Made by a program: the position numbers and the translations under genes
Sequence record: OL960581
Strand: one strand, 5' to 3'
Length of the DNA: 64,000 nt
Source: Escherichia phage vB_EcoM_SA20RB
Part shown: piece by piece, positions 8,951 through 18,700 of the stretch
Position numbering within the stretch: position 1 is the first letter of the stretch
How the letters are laid out: each line of letters begins with the position of its first letter
The notes under the pieces: model-generated
Seen by the model: the letters and a program-made list of their open reading frames with translations, nothing else
What the model was told of the DNA's origin: nothing
Databases searched by the model: none

Positions 8951-10230
8951 TGGTGTTTAACCCTATGCATGATTTCTTTATTTTTTCCGAGATTAAATCC
9001 GCGTTCATTCGGATTTCCCAAATAACCACAAGTTCTTCTTATTGTGTTCATCTTTTTAGGATCAGTTTCTCCACAAATAGAACAAACAAATCCGTTTTCA
9101 GTAGGAGTCATTTCATGTGTACTTCCACATGTAAAACATTTATCTACTGGCATGTTAACACCAAAATAATCTAAATGTTGTGCAGCATAATCCCATACAG
9201 CCTCAAGACCTTTTAAGTTATTTTTCATATCAGGAAGTTCAACATAAGAAATGTGACCACCTGTCGCAATGAAATGATATGGGGCTTCGCGAGAAATCTT
9301 TTCAAATGGAGTGATATTTTCTTCTACTGAAACATGGAAACTATTAGTGTACCAGCCTTTATCAGTAACATCTTTTACACTTCCATATTTTTCAGTATCA
9401 AGTTTACAGAAGCGATAACAAAGGTTTTCAGCAGGTGTAGAATACAAGCTAAAAGCAAAACCAGTTCTTTCAGTCCACTGCTTAAGACGAGCATTCATTT
9501 TAGTTAAAATTTCCTGTCCAATATCACGACCGACAAGAATATTCAATTCGTGAATACCAATGTATCCTAGGGACACTGAACTTCTACCGTTTTTAAATAA
9601 CTCAATTATGTCGTCATCAGGTTTAAGACGAACCCCGAATGCACCTTCTTGGTAAAGAATAGGAGCAACAGTAGCTTTAACTCCTTTTAAGGAACTAATT
9701 CTACACATCAATGCTTCAAAACATAAATCCATTCTCTCATTGAACAATTCGGCAAATTTCTGTTCATTGAACTGTGTTCCAATATAAGAATCTAATGCGA
9801 TACGAGGAAGATTCAGTGTTACAACACCAAGATTATTACGTCCATCAAGAATTTCATTACCAGTCGAATCTTTCCATACGCTCAAGAAACTACGGCAACC
9901 CATTGGAGAAACAGGAACAGATGAACCAGTGATAGCTCTATTGTTCTTAGCTGAAATAATATCAGGATACATCCTTTTGCTTGCACACTCTAGAGCAAGC
10001 TGCTTAATATCATAGTTCGGATCGTCTTTGTAAAGATTAACACCTTCTTCAACGAACATGACAAGTTTAGGGAAAATAGGAGTTATCCCATCACGACCAA
10101 GACCTTTGATACGATTTTTCAGAATTGCTTTCTGAATCATTCGTTCAGTCCAGTCAGTTCCCGTACCAAATGTAATTGTTACAAAAGGCGTTTGACCATT
10201 AGAGCTGAAAAGTGTATTTACTTCATCATT
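8947..10230 (-). CDS. nrdD: Anaerobic ribonucleotide reductase NrdD, exon 2 (5' boundary approximate)
   Basis: C-terminal RRTCGYLG glycyl-radical motif and CxxC...CxxC zinc site; the ORF's first ~16 codons (TTG start) are intron read-through. Confidence 0.88.
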   Translation of the reverse strand, partial: NDEVNTLFSSNGQTPFVTITFGTGTDWTERMIQKAILKNRIKGLGRDGITPIFPKLVMFVEEGVNLYKDDPNYDIKQLALECASKRMYPDIISAKNNRAITGSSVPVSPMGCRSFLSVWKDSTGNEILDGRNNLGVVTLNLPRIALDSYIGTQFNEQKFAELFNERMDLCFEALMCRISSLKGVKATVAPILYQEGAFGVRLKPDDDIIELFKNGRSSVSLGYIGIHELNILVGRDIGQEILTKMNARLKQWTERTGFAFSLYSTPAENLCYRFCKLDTEKYGSVKDVTDKGWYTNSFHVSVEENITPFEKISREAPYHFIATGGHISYVELPDMKNNLKGLEAVWDYAAQHLDYFGVNMPVDKCFTCGSTHEMTPTENGFVCSICGETDPKKMNTIRRTCGYLGNPNERGFNLGKNKEIMHRVKHQ

Positions 10231-11273
10231 ATATTCAGCATGAGTCGCAAATTCATGCCCGTTTATATGAAACAACAAAATTTGGATAGTCCATAGATAT
10301 GCAACGTTCTTTTATAGTGCTAGGATGAAAATTTAGCGCTTTAGCTGCTTCTATATAAGACGTATACTTAATACCGTCAACAACCACATATTCAGGAACT
10401 TTATGAATAGTAGTCTTAATACTCAAAACAAGAGGATGAGTTTCGACTTCACTTTCAGTGCAATTTAAATATTCCGCTGCTTTTTTAAAACTTCTAAAAG
10501 TTTTATTTTTAAGCTTTATCGATACTTGTTTTTTACTTTTTCGACTATTGATATTATTTTGCACATGTTCCTTAGATCTTCCGTTTTTAGCATAATATTC
10601 AGCTACAGAAGATTTTATATTGTTTTTATGAGATTCGGATAACACTTTACCCTTATGAGCATCTCTTAATTTTTGAATATGTTCTTCAGTATCCGGATGC
10701 TTATAAAACTTTTTACCGCCTATGGATTTATTTAAACATTTTTTGCTATAAAAATATTTACGTATGACCTCTTCTTCATGTTTTAATGCATCTTTATAAC
10801 TATCAAATGTTTTTAAAATTATCCATTTAGTAGGTGTATCAGTTTTTAAGCGTTCATTTATATACTTAGATGACGTTGTGTAAGTTTTCCAGTTTGTGGG
10901 CTTGTTTTTAATTGTTCTAAATTTTTTATAACCGATATAAATGTCGCCATTAGAAAACTTAACTAAGTATGTAAATGCGTCTTTATCTTTTATTTTAGTA
11001 CAACGTCTTTTTATCCATTTCATTGTTTCACCTCGTATTCATAAGATAATCTTATTTATACAAGATGACTGCTGCATGTCGCCATGCAGATTAGACTATA
11101 TCTTCATCTTTCGATGCCGGCCGTTTCGAATAGCATTAGCTTCTATTCTACACCGTTACATTCATCACGGTTAGTCGTTAGGCATTTAGTTCAAAAGAAC
11201 ATTTAGCACGGGATTGTCTACTAGAGAGGTTCCCCGTTTAGACCGGTTTTACATGAGCCTGAATTAAATTAAC
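10231..11273 (-). mobile_element. Group I self-splicing intron in nrdD (sunY-type), boundaries approximate
   Basis: nrdD frame broken by a stop at 11264; about 1 kb insert carrying an endonuclease ORF; ribozyme-core-like sequence CUAAACGGGGAACCUCUCUAGUAGACAAUCCCGUGCUAAAUG on the minus strand near 11150-11250. Confidence 0.8.
10253..11023 (-). CDS. Intron-encoded GIY-YIG homing endonuclease (I-TevII-like)
   Basis: 256 aa inside the nrdD intron; N-terminal FTYLVKFSNGDIYIGYKK GIY-YIG module; T4 I-TevII is 258 aa. Confidence 0.8.
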   Translation of the reverse strand: MKWIKRRCTKIKDKDAFTYLVKFSNGDIYIGYKKFRTIKNKPTNWKTYTTSSKYINERLKTDTPTKWIILKTFDSYKDALKHEEEVIRKYFYSKKCLNKSIGGKKFYKHPDTEEHIQKLRDAHKGKVLSESHKNNIKSSVAEYYAKNGRSKEHVQNNINSRKSKKQVSIKLKNKTFRSFKKAAEYLNCTESEVETHPLVLSIKTTIHKVPEYVVVDGIKYTSYIEAAKALNFHPSTIKERCISMDYPNFVVSYKRA

Positions 11274-11809
11274 TCATACGCCTGGAATGCATCGTATACG
11301 TCTTTTTCTGTTTTAGACTGGGCATAATTCAACGCATCAGCGATTTGCCATTTTTCTGCATCCTCAATATGTTTTGCATAGGTGCGTTTAACATAAGGAG
11401 AAAGTACTTTATCTACATTAGCAAAAGTCGTTCCGCCGTACTGATGTGAAGCAACCTGTGCAGTAATTTGTGCCATAATTGCAGTAGCAACGCCAATTGA
11501 TTTAGGAGTTTCAATCTGTGCATTGCCGAGCTTAAATCCGTTCTCAAGCATTCCTTTTAAATCTACTAAACAGCAATTAGTAAATGGAAGAGCAGGGGAA
11601 TAATCAATATCGTGGAAATGGATAATTCCGCTTTCATGCGCTTTCATAATAAAAGACGGGACCATATTTTTGGCAATGTGTTTAGACACAATACCAGCCA
11701 TAAGGTCCCGTTGAGTTGGAAAAACACGAGAATCTTTATTAGCATTCTCGTTCAAAAGGTCTTTATTAGTTTTATGAATCAATCCTTCAATTTCTTTTTC
11801 AATTGTCAT
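11274..11809 (-). CDS. nrdD: Anaerobic ribonucleotide reductase NrdD, exon 1 (3' boundary approximate)
   Basis: N-terminus MTIEKEIEGLIHKTNKDLLNE; ORF runs into the intron until the stop at 11264. Confidence 0.85.
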
Positions 11810-12279
11810 TTTAAACTCTTTCTAAGCTGCTTCTTAAATGAAGCTATTAATTGTGTTTTAGTGTCAGATTCATTATATTCAAATCCTCTTTGAAGCATCT
11901 CAGCCATCATTTCCTCTTTTCCTAAACGAGAAAATTCCTTTGATTTATCTCCAACGAAGTTAGGGTGAATATTATTTTGGGTGTAATCGGATTTTAAATA
12001 AGTAAGTAAATTTTCTAACCATTCAAGATAATCAACGCCTTGTCCCTTTAAGCCAGAACGATTAAATTTGTGCTTCATTTGACCTTCCGCTGCATTGCAA
12101 AGATTACAGAGCAATCCACGTACCTTTCCTGCTTTTGGTCCATTTAATTCATGGTCATGGTCAAGGTGATTAGCTTGAACATCAGGATTTAGTTCTCGTT
12201 GGCAAATTAAGCATTTACCGTTTTGTGCATTATAAAATTTCTGTTTTTCTTCTTTATATAATTTGCCAGTCAATAACAT
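11806..12279 (-). CDS. 49: Endonuclease VII (Holliday junction resolvase) gp49
   Basis: 157 aa; Cys/His-rich CLICQ...HLDHDHE...CNLCN motif; length matches T4 gp49. Confidence 0.9.
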   Translation of the reverse strand: MLLTGKLYKEEKQKFYNAQNGKCLICQRELNPDVQANHLDHDHELNGPKAGKVRGLLCNLCNAAEGQMKHKFNRSGLKGQGVDYLEWLENLLTYLKSDYTQNNIHPNFVGDKSKEFSRLGKEEMMAEMLQRGFEYNESDTKTQLIASFKKQLRKSLK

Positions 12280-12320
12280 AATAAAACCCTTACCTTAAAT
12301 AGATAAGGGTATTTATTATT

Positions 12321-12497
12321 TCAAGTATTGTAAAACATTCGATGCAATCGTTTATATTGCCGAATCATCTTTTTAGTAGGACGAGAATAAGTTCCTACAC
12401 AAGTGGTCATATTAGGGTCTGTAGAATTTCCTTTAATAAAAAGTTTCCAAACCTTACCACCATTTAACTTTTCAGTATAAATCAATTCAGTTTTCAT
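12321..12497 (-). CDS. Small hypothetical protein (about 58 aa, below the ORF-track cut-off)
   Basis: Hand translation MKTELIYTEKLNGGKVWKLF...; its ATG overlaps the upstream stop by 1 nt. Confidence 0.35.
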   Translation of the reverse strand: MKTELIYTEKLNGGKVWKLFIKGNSTDPNMTTCVGTYSRPTKKMIRQYKRLHRMFYNT

Positions 12498-12961
12498 TAA
12501 AACGCTCGGTCAGAAAAAGAAATTTGAGTTTCAAGCCATTCAATATATTCTGCTGCAGCTTGCATCAAATTTCCTTCATAACCATCATTATTTTCTTGTG
12601 CAGCTAATTTAGCTAATGCATATGAAATACGTTCACCTTGAAAAGCGGCTTTAGGTTTATGAATAGCTTGATCAACTCGTTCTACAACTTCTTCAATTTC
12701 GCCATTTTCCGCTGATTCAGTATTCCACAAGCACCAATACGTAATTGGCTTATCGTAAATGTTAATAATCTTTCCATCAGAAAGTTCAATTTCAATAATT
12801 CCAGTATCAGGTTCTATGTCGTCTTCGCATTCTTTTGCAAGTTCACGAACTTTAAAGACAGTACCTGCACTAAGTTCTGGCCAGTAATTACACAGCCCTT
12901 TATCAGCACGATTAATTCTAAACCACTTATCTACTATAATCATGTCCCATCTCCATATCAA
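12497..12961 (-). CDS. pin: Pin-like protein (putative inhibitor of host Lon protease), by synteny
   Basis: 154 aa acidic protein in the T4 pin position between 49 and nrdC. Confidence 0.55.
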   Translation of the reverse strand: MIWRWDMIIVDKWFRINRADKGLCNYWPELSAGTVFKVRELAKECEDDIEPDTGIIEIELSDGKIINIYDKPITYWCLWNTESAENGEIEEVVERVDQAIHKPKAAFQGERISYALAKLAAQENNDGYEGNLMQAAAEYIEWLETQISFSDRAF

Positions 12962-13065
12962 TTAAGTCATTTATCGTAGGTTCATTATATACTGTTTCTT
13001 CATCAGTGTAAACCGGTTCTTCCGGCTCTGGCTCTACAGTTTCCCATCTAGCCGCCCACCAAGGT

Positions 13066-13275
13066 TTAACCCCGAAGCTTATTAAGTTCTTCATAATCAA
13101 TCCAGGATTCTAATCCTGATGGCAAATCAGATTCAATTTCCCAAAGAAGTTCTTCAATTTTATGAAGACGATCTAGTTCTTCAGCAGGAATAGTAACCAT
13201 TGACGGAGCTCTTGCTACACTAATATCGTAAATCATATTTACCCCAGTTTGACCATGCAATCGCCGTATTTCCAT
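13066..13275 (-). CDS. Hypothetical protein
   Basis: ORF-track 69 aa. Confidence 0.45.
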   Translation of the reverse strand: MEIRRLHGQTGVNMIYDISVARAPSMVTIPAEELDRLHKIEELLWEIESDLPSGLESWIDYEELNKLRG

Positions 13276-13454
13276 TTAGAAATAGACTTTTCACCGTTAG
13301 AATAATAAACTTCGAGTTTAGCACGATTATTTTTAATTTGAATAACCTTTGCTGTCATCAAAGTTCCATACCCGTAATAAACTGCAACCTCATCACCTAC
13401 ATATACCGCGCTTCCGCGGTAGTCATGGATATAATCAGTTCCTTCGAGCATCAT
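13239..13454 (-). CDS. Hypothetical protein
   Basis: ORF-track 71 aa. Confidence 0.45.
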   Translation of the reverse strand: MMLEGTDYIHDYRGSAVYVGDEVAVYYGYGTLMTAKVIQIKNNRAKLEVYYSNGEKSISKWKYGDCMVKLG

Positions 13455-13714
13455 TTAAAGTATTCCCGCAATTGGTCAAATCCACCAATATGACTTCCAT
13501 CAGGAGCAAATACTTGCGGCATTGTCAAACCAATTTGAGTATCACGACCTAGTTTCGTCAGAAGCTCAGCGATTTTCTCATCATCAAAAACACCTTTTTC
13601 CGGCATAATGTTGATAAATTCAAACGGCTGTTTCTTCACAGTCAAAAGACGTTTTGCATTATCGCAATACACACATTTGTGGATGTTGCTATCATAACCA
13701 TATACTTTAAACAT
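13451..13714 (-). CDS. nrdC: Thioredoxin/glutaredoxin NrdC
   Basis: 87 aa; CVYC active site; length matches T4 NrdC. Confidence 0.85.
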   Translation of the reverse strand: MFKVYGYDSNIHKCVYCDNAKRLLTVKKQPFEFINIMPEKGVFDDEKIAELLTKLGRDTQIGLTMPQVFAPDGSHIGGFDQLREYFK

Positions 13715-13715
13715 A

Positions 13716-13958
13716 TTATTCCTTAATTCCTAGTACTTGTTTAAAAGTCTCGTCGTAATCAAGACTTTGACCCGTTTGTTCTTTATGTTTGTATATAATA
13801 TCACTTACTTCTGATAGCATATTTTTATATGAACGAGTTAAAGCAGATTTAAGCACGCTGTATCTATCAGGAAATTTACCGTGTTCATTATAATACGCTA
13901 TTGCTAATTCACGGACTGCCTTTTCAGCAATCTCCATATATTCTTTACGCTTGGTCAT
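13716..13958 (-). CDS. Hypothetical protein (nrdC.1 position)
   Basis: ORF-track 80 aa. Confidence 0.5.
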   Translation of the reverse strand: MTKRKEYMEIAEKAVRELAIAYYNEHGKFPDRYSVLKSALTRSYKNMLSEVSDIIYKHKEQTGQSLDYDETFKQVLGIKE

Positions 13959-14262
13959 TTTCTTCTCGGTTAAATCGGTGTTTACAATGACGACATTTAT
14001 AACGAAGATTACTAGTCTGCCAATGAATTAATTGAACCTGTTCAGTACCACATTTTGGACAGTTCGGAACATTCTTAGAAACCCTTTCGCGGCGTTCAAC
14101 CATAACCATAATGGCATCCCAGGCTGGAGGTTTAAAATCTAAATCATCACAACCATGAATCTTTCCACGCATTTCCAGATCGTCTTCTTCACCAGCCATA
14201 ATAATTTTAATTAGACTGGAATTACTTGAAGCTGCAATATCTTCTAATAGACGCTTTTTCAT
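13945..14262 (-). CDS. Zinc-ribbon-like hypothetical protein (nrdC.2 position)
   Basis: 105 aa; CPKC...CRHC four-Cys arrangement. Confidence 0.5.
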   Translation of the reverse strand: MKKRLLEDIAASSNSSLIKIIMAGEEDDLEMRGKIHGCDDLDFKPPAWDAIMVMVERRERVSKNVPNCPKCGTEQVQLIHWQTSNLRYKCRHCKHRFNREENDQA

Positions 14263-15188
14263 TTCAATACCTCAATAGCATTACGTAAACCATTTGCTTT
14301 TGCATTAAGAGCTTTTAACAATTTAGTGTGTTCGGCAATTTGGGCTTCAACTTCAATCAAACGAGCATTGAGATATTCGCGTTCTTCGCTCAAGCTATCA
14401 ACCTTTTCTACTTTAGGTTCTTTTACAACTGGCTTATATGTATTAGGGTTCTTCAGTTTAATTAGAATACGTGAACTGTATAACATTGAACCATTATTTT
14501 CGATTTCGTCATACATTTCTACTACGTCCATGATTTTTAACATCATGCGGAGTTTATAAGATAACGAACGAATAGTTTTGTTGTGCTTATTAATTTCTCT
14601 AGCTGTCATGGTGCCGAGATTACGTGAGTAATAATAAGGAACCTGGATATTAATTAACACTGATGAACCACCTGGCTTGTGTGTTACTTCATCAGCAATA
14701 ACCCAGTCCTTAACATGAACTGTATTTGTACGGTCATCACCAGCGGTAAATAGTTTGCGAGCATGCTTAAAAAGCATATTCACTTGGTCATTGAACTGAC
14801 AAGCAAATTTATCAGCAAATTTAGTTTCAGGAATGGTAGATAACCAATCAGCCAAATGAGTCTTTTTAACATCGTTAACAATAGTAAATTCAACCAAATC
14901 GGTTATAGATGTCGCAGATTTAATGAAGCTTGGCTTCATAAAGTTTTTAATGTTATCGCGAGCTACAGTAGAAGATAACATACGAGAACGTTTAAACCAT
15001 TCAAGCAAATTGCCTAACGAATGAGAATAAGCGTTTTGAGTATCTTTACAGATATGATTTTCCTGACCAACATATTGAAGGAAATCACGAAGAATATTAT
15101 TGATTACTGCTCTGTGTCCAATCTGATAACTACGGTGTTTAGTAATAAGACTGTCAAAATAATCAATATAATGTTTACGAGTTTTCAT
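14259..15188 (-). CDS. Paralog family member A with C-terminal coiled coil (nrdC.3 position)
   Basis: 309 aa; heptad-like C-terminus; shares the F..(A/S)(R/K)(K/L)L..G(D/S)D block with the next three ORFs. Confidence 0.6.
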   Translation of the reverse strand: MKTRKHYIDYFDSLITKHRSYQIGHRAVINNILRDFLQYVGQENHICKDTQNAYSHSLGNLLEWFKRSRMLSSTVARDNIKNFMKPSFIKSATSITDLVEFTIVNDVKKTHLADWLSTIPETKFADKFACQFNDQVNMLFKHARKLFTAGDDRTNTVHVKDWVIADEVTHKPGGSSVLINIQVPYYYSRNLGTMTAREINKHNKTIRSLSYKLRMMLKIMDVVEMYDEIENNGSMLYSSRILIKLKNPNTYKPVVKEPKVEKVDSLSEEREYLNARLIEVEAQIAEHTKLLKALNAKANGLRNAIEVLK

Positions 15189-15240
15189 GTTCTTCTCACT
15201 TGGTTAATGATTTATACTCCGAGCCATCCTTGGCTTTAAA

Positions 15241-16242
15241 TTACTTAATTAACTGTAAAGCTTGTTCAAGACGATCCAGGCGATTAACAGATTCTTCCCA
15301 AATCCTTTTAGCCTGCTCATATTCTTTCTGCGCTTTATTAGAAATTTCTAGAGCTTCTTTATAAGCTTTTTCTAGTGCAATAACTTCTGGACGAATTTCT
15401 ACAGGTTCAGGCGAATCATCAAGATTATCCATTAGTTCCTCAAGTGTAATTTCTTCTTTAGGAGTATTCACAATTTCATCACATTTTTGTTGGTAAATTT
15501 CTTTATCAGTCGGTGAGTACGCACATTTCACTTCACGAAGACTAACTACAATTTTATATCCTTCCCAACCACACATATTTTTGAAAGGATATGTATGAAT
15601 ATTTTCTACTGTTTCCATACAAAGTAATGCGGTTTCTAATTGACGAGTTATAGTGCTAGCAATTGAGAAAAATTTATTAATGTTCTTTTGGTTAGTTTCT
15701 GGTGTAAAAAATCCATAATTCACAAAAATAGATACTTTATTTTTATCAAGTTCATATTCTTTTATGATAATCATATCAGAAGCCAAAGGATGAATTTGAC
15801 GATAATCGCCATAACATAATTTAGAAGCTGATTTTAGAAGTTGCTTCTTGAAAAGTCTGAAATTACTAATCCAACGACGAGTAAAAATATTCTCAGGGTC
15901 TTCTTTATTATTAAGATGATAAGAATTAACATCACCGAACCAATTATATCCTACTACATCTTTGGTTCGTTTAATTTCTTTCCCAAAATTACCAAGAATA
16001 TCCCGATTAACCAAATATGAAAGAAGACGAGACTCTTTAAAGGTTTTCTTGATAACATCTTTATCTACACGGCTAGAAATTTTACGAATTTCATGAATAA
16101 ATTTAACAGAAGAAACAATACTTGCGTCAACACTATTGAGCCATTGATTGATAATAGAAATAACGCTATTTTGACCAAACATCGGTATAGCTTTATCATC
16201 AATAACACTATTGAATGATTTGATATATTCGTTACGAGTCAT
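15241..16242 (-). CDS. Paralog family member B with C-terminal coiled coil (nrdC.4 position)
   Basis: ORF 15241..16293; start moved to ATG 16242 (MTRNEYIK) because the early promoter at 16271-16300 lies inside the longer ORF and GAGGAG precedes this ATG. Confidence 0.6.
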   Translation of the reverse strand: MTRNEYIKSFNSVIDDKAIPMFGQNSVISIINQWLNSVDASIVSSVKFIHEIRKISSRVDKDVIKKTFKESRLLSYLVNRDILGNFGKEIKRTKDVVGYNWFGDVNSYHLNNKEDPENIFTRRWISNFRLFKKQLLKSASKLCYGDYRQIHPLASDMIIIKEYELDKNKVSIFVNYGFFTPETNQKNINKFFSIASTITRQLETALLCMETVENIHTYPFKNMCGWEGYKIVVSLREVKCAYSPTDKEIYQQKCDEIVNTPKEEITLEELMDNLDDSPEPVEIRPEVIALEKAYKEALEISNKAQKEYEQAKRIWEESVNRLDRLEQALQLIK

Positions 16243-16270
16243 ATTAATCTCCTCAGTAGAAAGTAAGAAC

Positions 16271-16300
16271 ATTATACCACATCCTTGTGGCAAAGTAAAC
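16271..16300 (-). promoter_or_regulatory. T4-type early promoter (-35 GTTTAC, -10 TATAAT)
   Basis: Minus strand reads GTTTACtttgccacaaggatgtggTATAAT. Confidence 0.6.
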
Positions 16301-17328
16301 TAGTTCAGTGCATTTAGTGCATTGTTCAGTTTAGAACGTTGCTTCGTGAGATTTTTGACTTTTTCTTGAGCTTTTTCTAGCATCTTTTCAGCTTCTAACA
16401 CTTCATTAGTTGCTTTAACGAGTTCATCATCTACTGCCTTGATAGACTTCTCAATCGCATCCGCGTGCCATTTTTCAACAGGTTTAAGACTCGGATTTTC
16501 AACAGGAAGAAAATTCGCTTTATTGAATTTCCATGCATCCTTATTACCTGAACTATACATCCAAAATTTAGGATCGTTTGATGAGTAATTGGATAAATTT
16601 AAATTTAAGTTATCTTGCACTTCTTGCTTTTTCTCTTGCGTGACTTCGTCCTTTCTCAAAAAATCGTATTTAAATGAAATGATCATATCAAGTTCATATG
16701 TTGTTGTGTCTAATTTAAATCGTTCGAAATGCTGTGAAATCTTAGACTGAACAGCAGCAACAACGTCCATATACTTAAATGCTTCTGTCAACTGTGATTT
16801 AAGGCATTCGCAAATTGAAAGAGAATTTTTTGTATTAGGTTTAAAGCTAATTCGTGCAGTTCTGTTATTTTCTTTTAATGGTCTTACTTCCATCTGAAGA
16901 GTATAACCATCAAATTTCAGATTCTTTAAGTTAATATCAGAACCTTTTAATCGACTCGCAGTTGATAAAATTTGCTTTAATTGTCTACGGAACAGAGCAA
17001 TAAATCTCCATTCAATACGATAATGATTTGGATTGAAAAATCCAGATGATAAATCGACCTTACTTTGACCAACGCCTTGAACAAATAGAGGATTTTTATA
17101 ATCGATAGTTTTACAGAAATCGGTGAGCTGCTCACGAGCCGTCATTTGTGTAATATAACCCGCTTTACTAAAATTACGCACCCATTCACTGCTATTCGTA
17201 TACTTAAAGTGATGAATAACACGATTAACTTTATCAGGGTCTAAATTATTTTCACACAAAAATGTCATAACATCACGAGTATAACTGGCATTACGAACCA
17301 TATCTTCAATTTGAGAACGAGTTTTCAT
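16300..17328 (-). CDS. Paralog family member C with C-terminal coiled coil (nrdC.5 position)
   Basis: 342 aa; EWRFIALFRRQLKQILSTASRLKGSD parallels RRWISNFRLFKKQLLKSASKLCYGD in member B. Confidence 0.6.
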   Translation of the reverse strand: MKTRSQIEDMVRNASYTRDVMTFLCENNLDPDKVNRVIHHFKYTNSSEWVRNFSKAGYITQMTAREQLTDFCKTIDYKNPLFVQGVGQSKVDLSSGFFNPNHYRIEWRFIALFRRQLKQILSTASRLKGSDINLKNLKFDGYTLQMEVRPLKENNRTARISFKPNTKNSLSICECLKSQLTEAFKYMDVVAAVQSKISQHFERFKLDTTTYELDMIISFKYDFLRKDEVTQEKKQEVQDNLNLNLSNYSSNDPKFWMYSSGNKDAWKFNKANFLPVENPSLKPVEKWHADAIEKSIKAVDDELVKATNEVLEAEKMLEKAQEKVKNLTKQRSKLNNALNALN

Positions 17329-17336
17329 GGTATTCC

Positions 17337-18263
17337 TTAAGATTTAAGTAAATCAACAATTTTAATTAACTTTTCACGCTCAGATTTAGCTTTACTACTC
17401 AATCCAGATAGTCTGAAAATTTCATCGTCATATTGTTGAATAGAAATATTCAGCTCTTCAATCTGCTTATTAAAATAATCAATTTGTTCAGAATGTTTTT
17501 CGTTACTACGAACTGGTACAGGTTTTGTAGGCAATTTAGTTGAACTGGATTCATCCGGACGATAAATTAAAATACAACTTGAACCAATAGGGCATTTTGC
17601 ACCAGATGAATATTCTAATGTTCCAGCTTCTTTTAAAACTTCAAAAGCTAAACAGAGATGATGCCCCATATTAACATAATCTGTAGAGTGAGCTCTGATA
17701 TAATAATCATCTCCACGAATACTAAATTTAAAGCATTTAAGGTCTTCTGTATTATTGGTCTTAAAAATCATTTGTTTATCTAGACCTTTAGCTAATCGAG
17801 CGCCTAATGCTAATAATCGTCGTTGATTTTCCCACAAATCTGCAATCATTTGGTCAAATGATAACTTCGGCATTAGTCGACCATAAAGGTCATATCCTTT
17901 ATTGTAATTACGAAGGATTTCACTCGCATTAATACGAGACAACGCTCCAATTTTATTAAGGGCTTTCATAATGCGATTAGATAAACTCATTCCAGACCCG
18001 TTTGTTCGCTGTAAATGTTTTTCTAATCCAAATCCAATATCAACTTTAAACTTATCTAAAATTTCAGCATGAACATCTCTGTCGATAACATTCAAATCCA
18101 AAGTTGGGTTAAATCTATGAAAAAATTTATCTGGCTCTCCACGGCGAAGTACAGTCCATTCATTCATCATTTTTTTATTAACTAAAGATTTAATTACTGC
18201 ATTGACATTATTAATTACTACTGACATATTTTCCTCACTCAATTTCAATTTTACTAAATACAC
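17337..18263 (-). CDS. Paralog family member D with C-terminal coiled coil (nrdC.6 position)
   Basis: 308 aa; ADLWENQRRLLALGARLAKGLD block and coiled-coil tail. Confidence 0.6.
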   Translation of the reverse strand: MYLVKLKLSEENMSVVINNVNAVIKSLVNKKMMNEWTVLRRGEPDKFFHRFNPTLDLNVIDRDVHAEILDKFKVDIGFGLEKHLQRTNGSGMSLSNRIMKALNKIGALSRINASEILRNYNKGYDLYGRLMPKLSFDQMIADLWENQRRLLALGARLAKGLDKQMIFKTNNTEDLKCFKFSIRGDDYYIRAHSTDYVNMGHHLCLAFEVLKEAGTLEYSSGAKCPIGSSCILIYRPDESSSTKLPTKPVPVRSNEKHSEQIDYFNKQIEELNISIQQYDDEIFRLSGLSSKAKSEREKLIKIVDLLKS

Positions 18264-18642
18264 AGAATATGATTGAACAGACTACATAAGCACCACACAC
18301 AGATTGAACTAATACCATCCCAAAGAACCAAACAATATTATCAAACAGTGTCTGTTTTACGTCGAAAGGACGTAAACTTACAGTAATATTATCACCTTTT
18401 TCTATTGAAGAATACATCTCTGGGGAAATATATTCACTAAATCTATAACCGTCTTTGAGTTCATATACGGCAATAAACGATAAACTAGACCCTTTTCCTT
18501 GTGTTCCTGTAATGGTATTAACTACAGTAACATCATAATCTTTATAATGCATATAATCATTAATTGCGTAATAACCATATGCAACTACTACACATAAACA
18601 ACATATCAATAAATTCAATCTTTTAATTATCAACTGTTTCAT
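18235..18642 (-). CDS. Membrane protein with two predicted transmembrane segments
   Basis: 135 aa; hydrophobic N- and C-terminal segments. Confidence 0.55.
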   Translation of the reverse strand: MKQLIIKRLNLLICCLCVVVAYGYYAINDYMHYKDYDVTVVNTITGTQGKGSSLSFIAVYELKDGYRFSEYISPEMYSSIEKGDNITVSLRPFDVKQTLFDNIVWFFGMVLVQSVCGAYVVCSIIFCVFSKIEIE

Positions 18643-18672
18643 AATAATCTCAATTAAAAGGGCTTAGAACCA

Positions 18673-18700
18673 TTATACCATCCTTGGTATAAAGCGGTTA
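18673..18700 (-). promoter_or_regulatory. Possible early promoter with extended -10 (TGgTATAAT), weak -35
   Basis: Minus strand reads ...ggatggTATAATgg upstream of the ORF starting at 18642. Confidence 0.35.

Noticed and set aside
10231-10278. First 16 codons of the ORF-track protein 8947-10278 (TTG start, MLFHINGHEFATHAEY)
   Set aside because: This stretch lies inside the intron by my splice estimate and there is no ATG; it is read-through in the exon 2 frame, not a separate start.
355-11893. Plus-strand ORFs inside the minus-strand early region (355-579, 3734-3949, 4727-4924, 7255-7548, 8845-9174, 10941-11174, 11612-11893 and similar)
   Set aside because: They lie antisense to much longer, well-supported minus-strand genes, have no promoter or SD context and low-complexity translations; treated as shadow ORFs.
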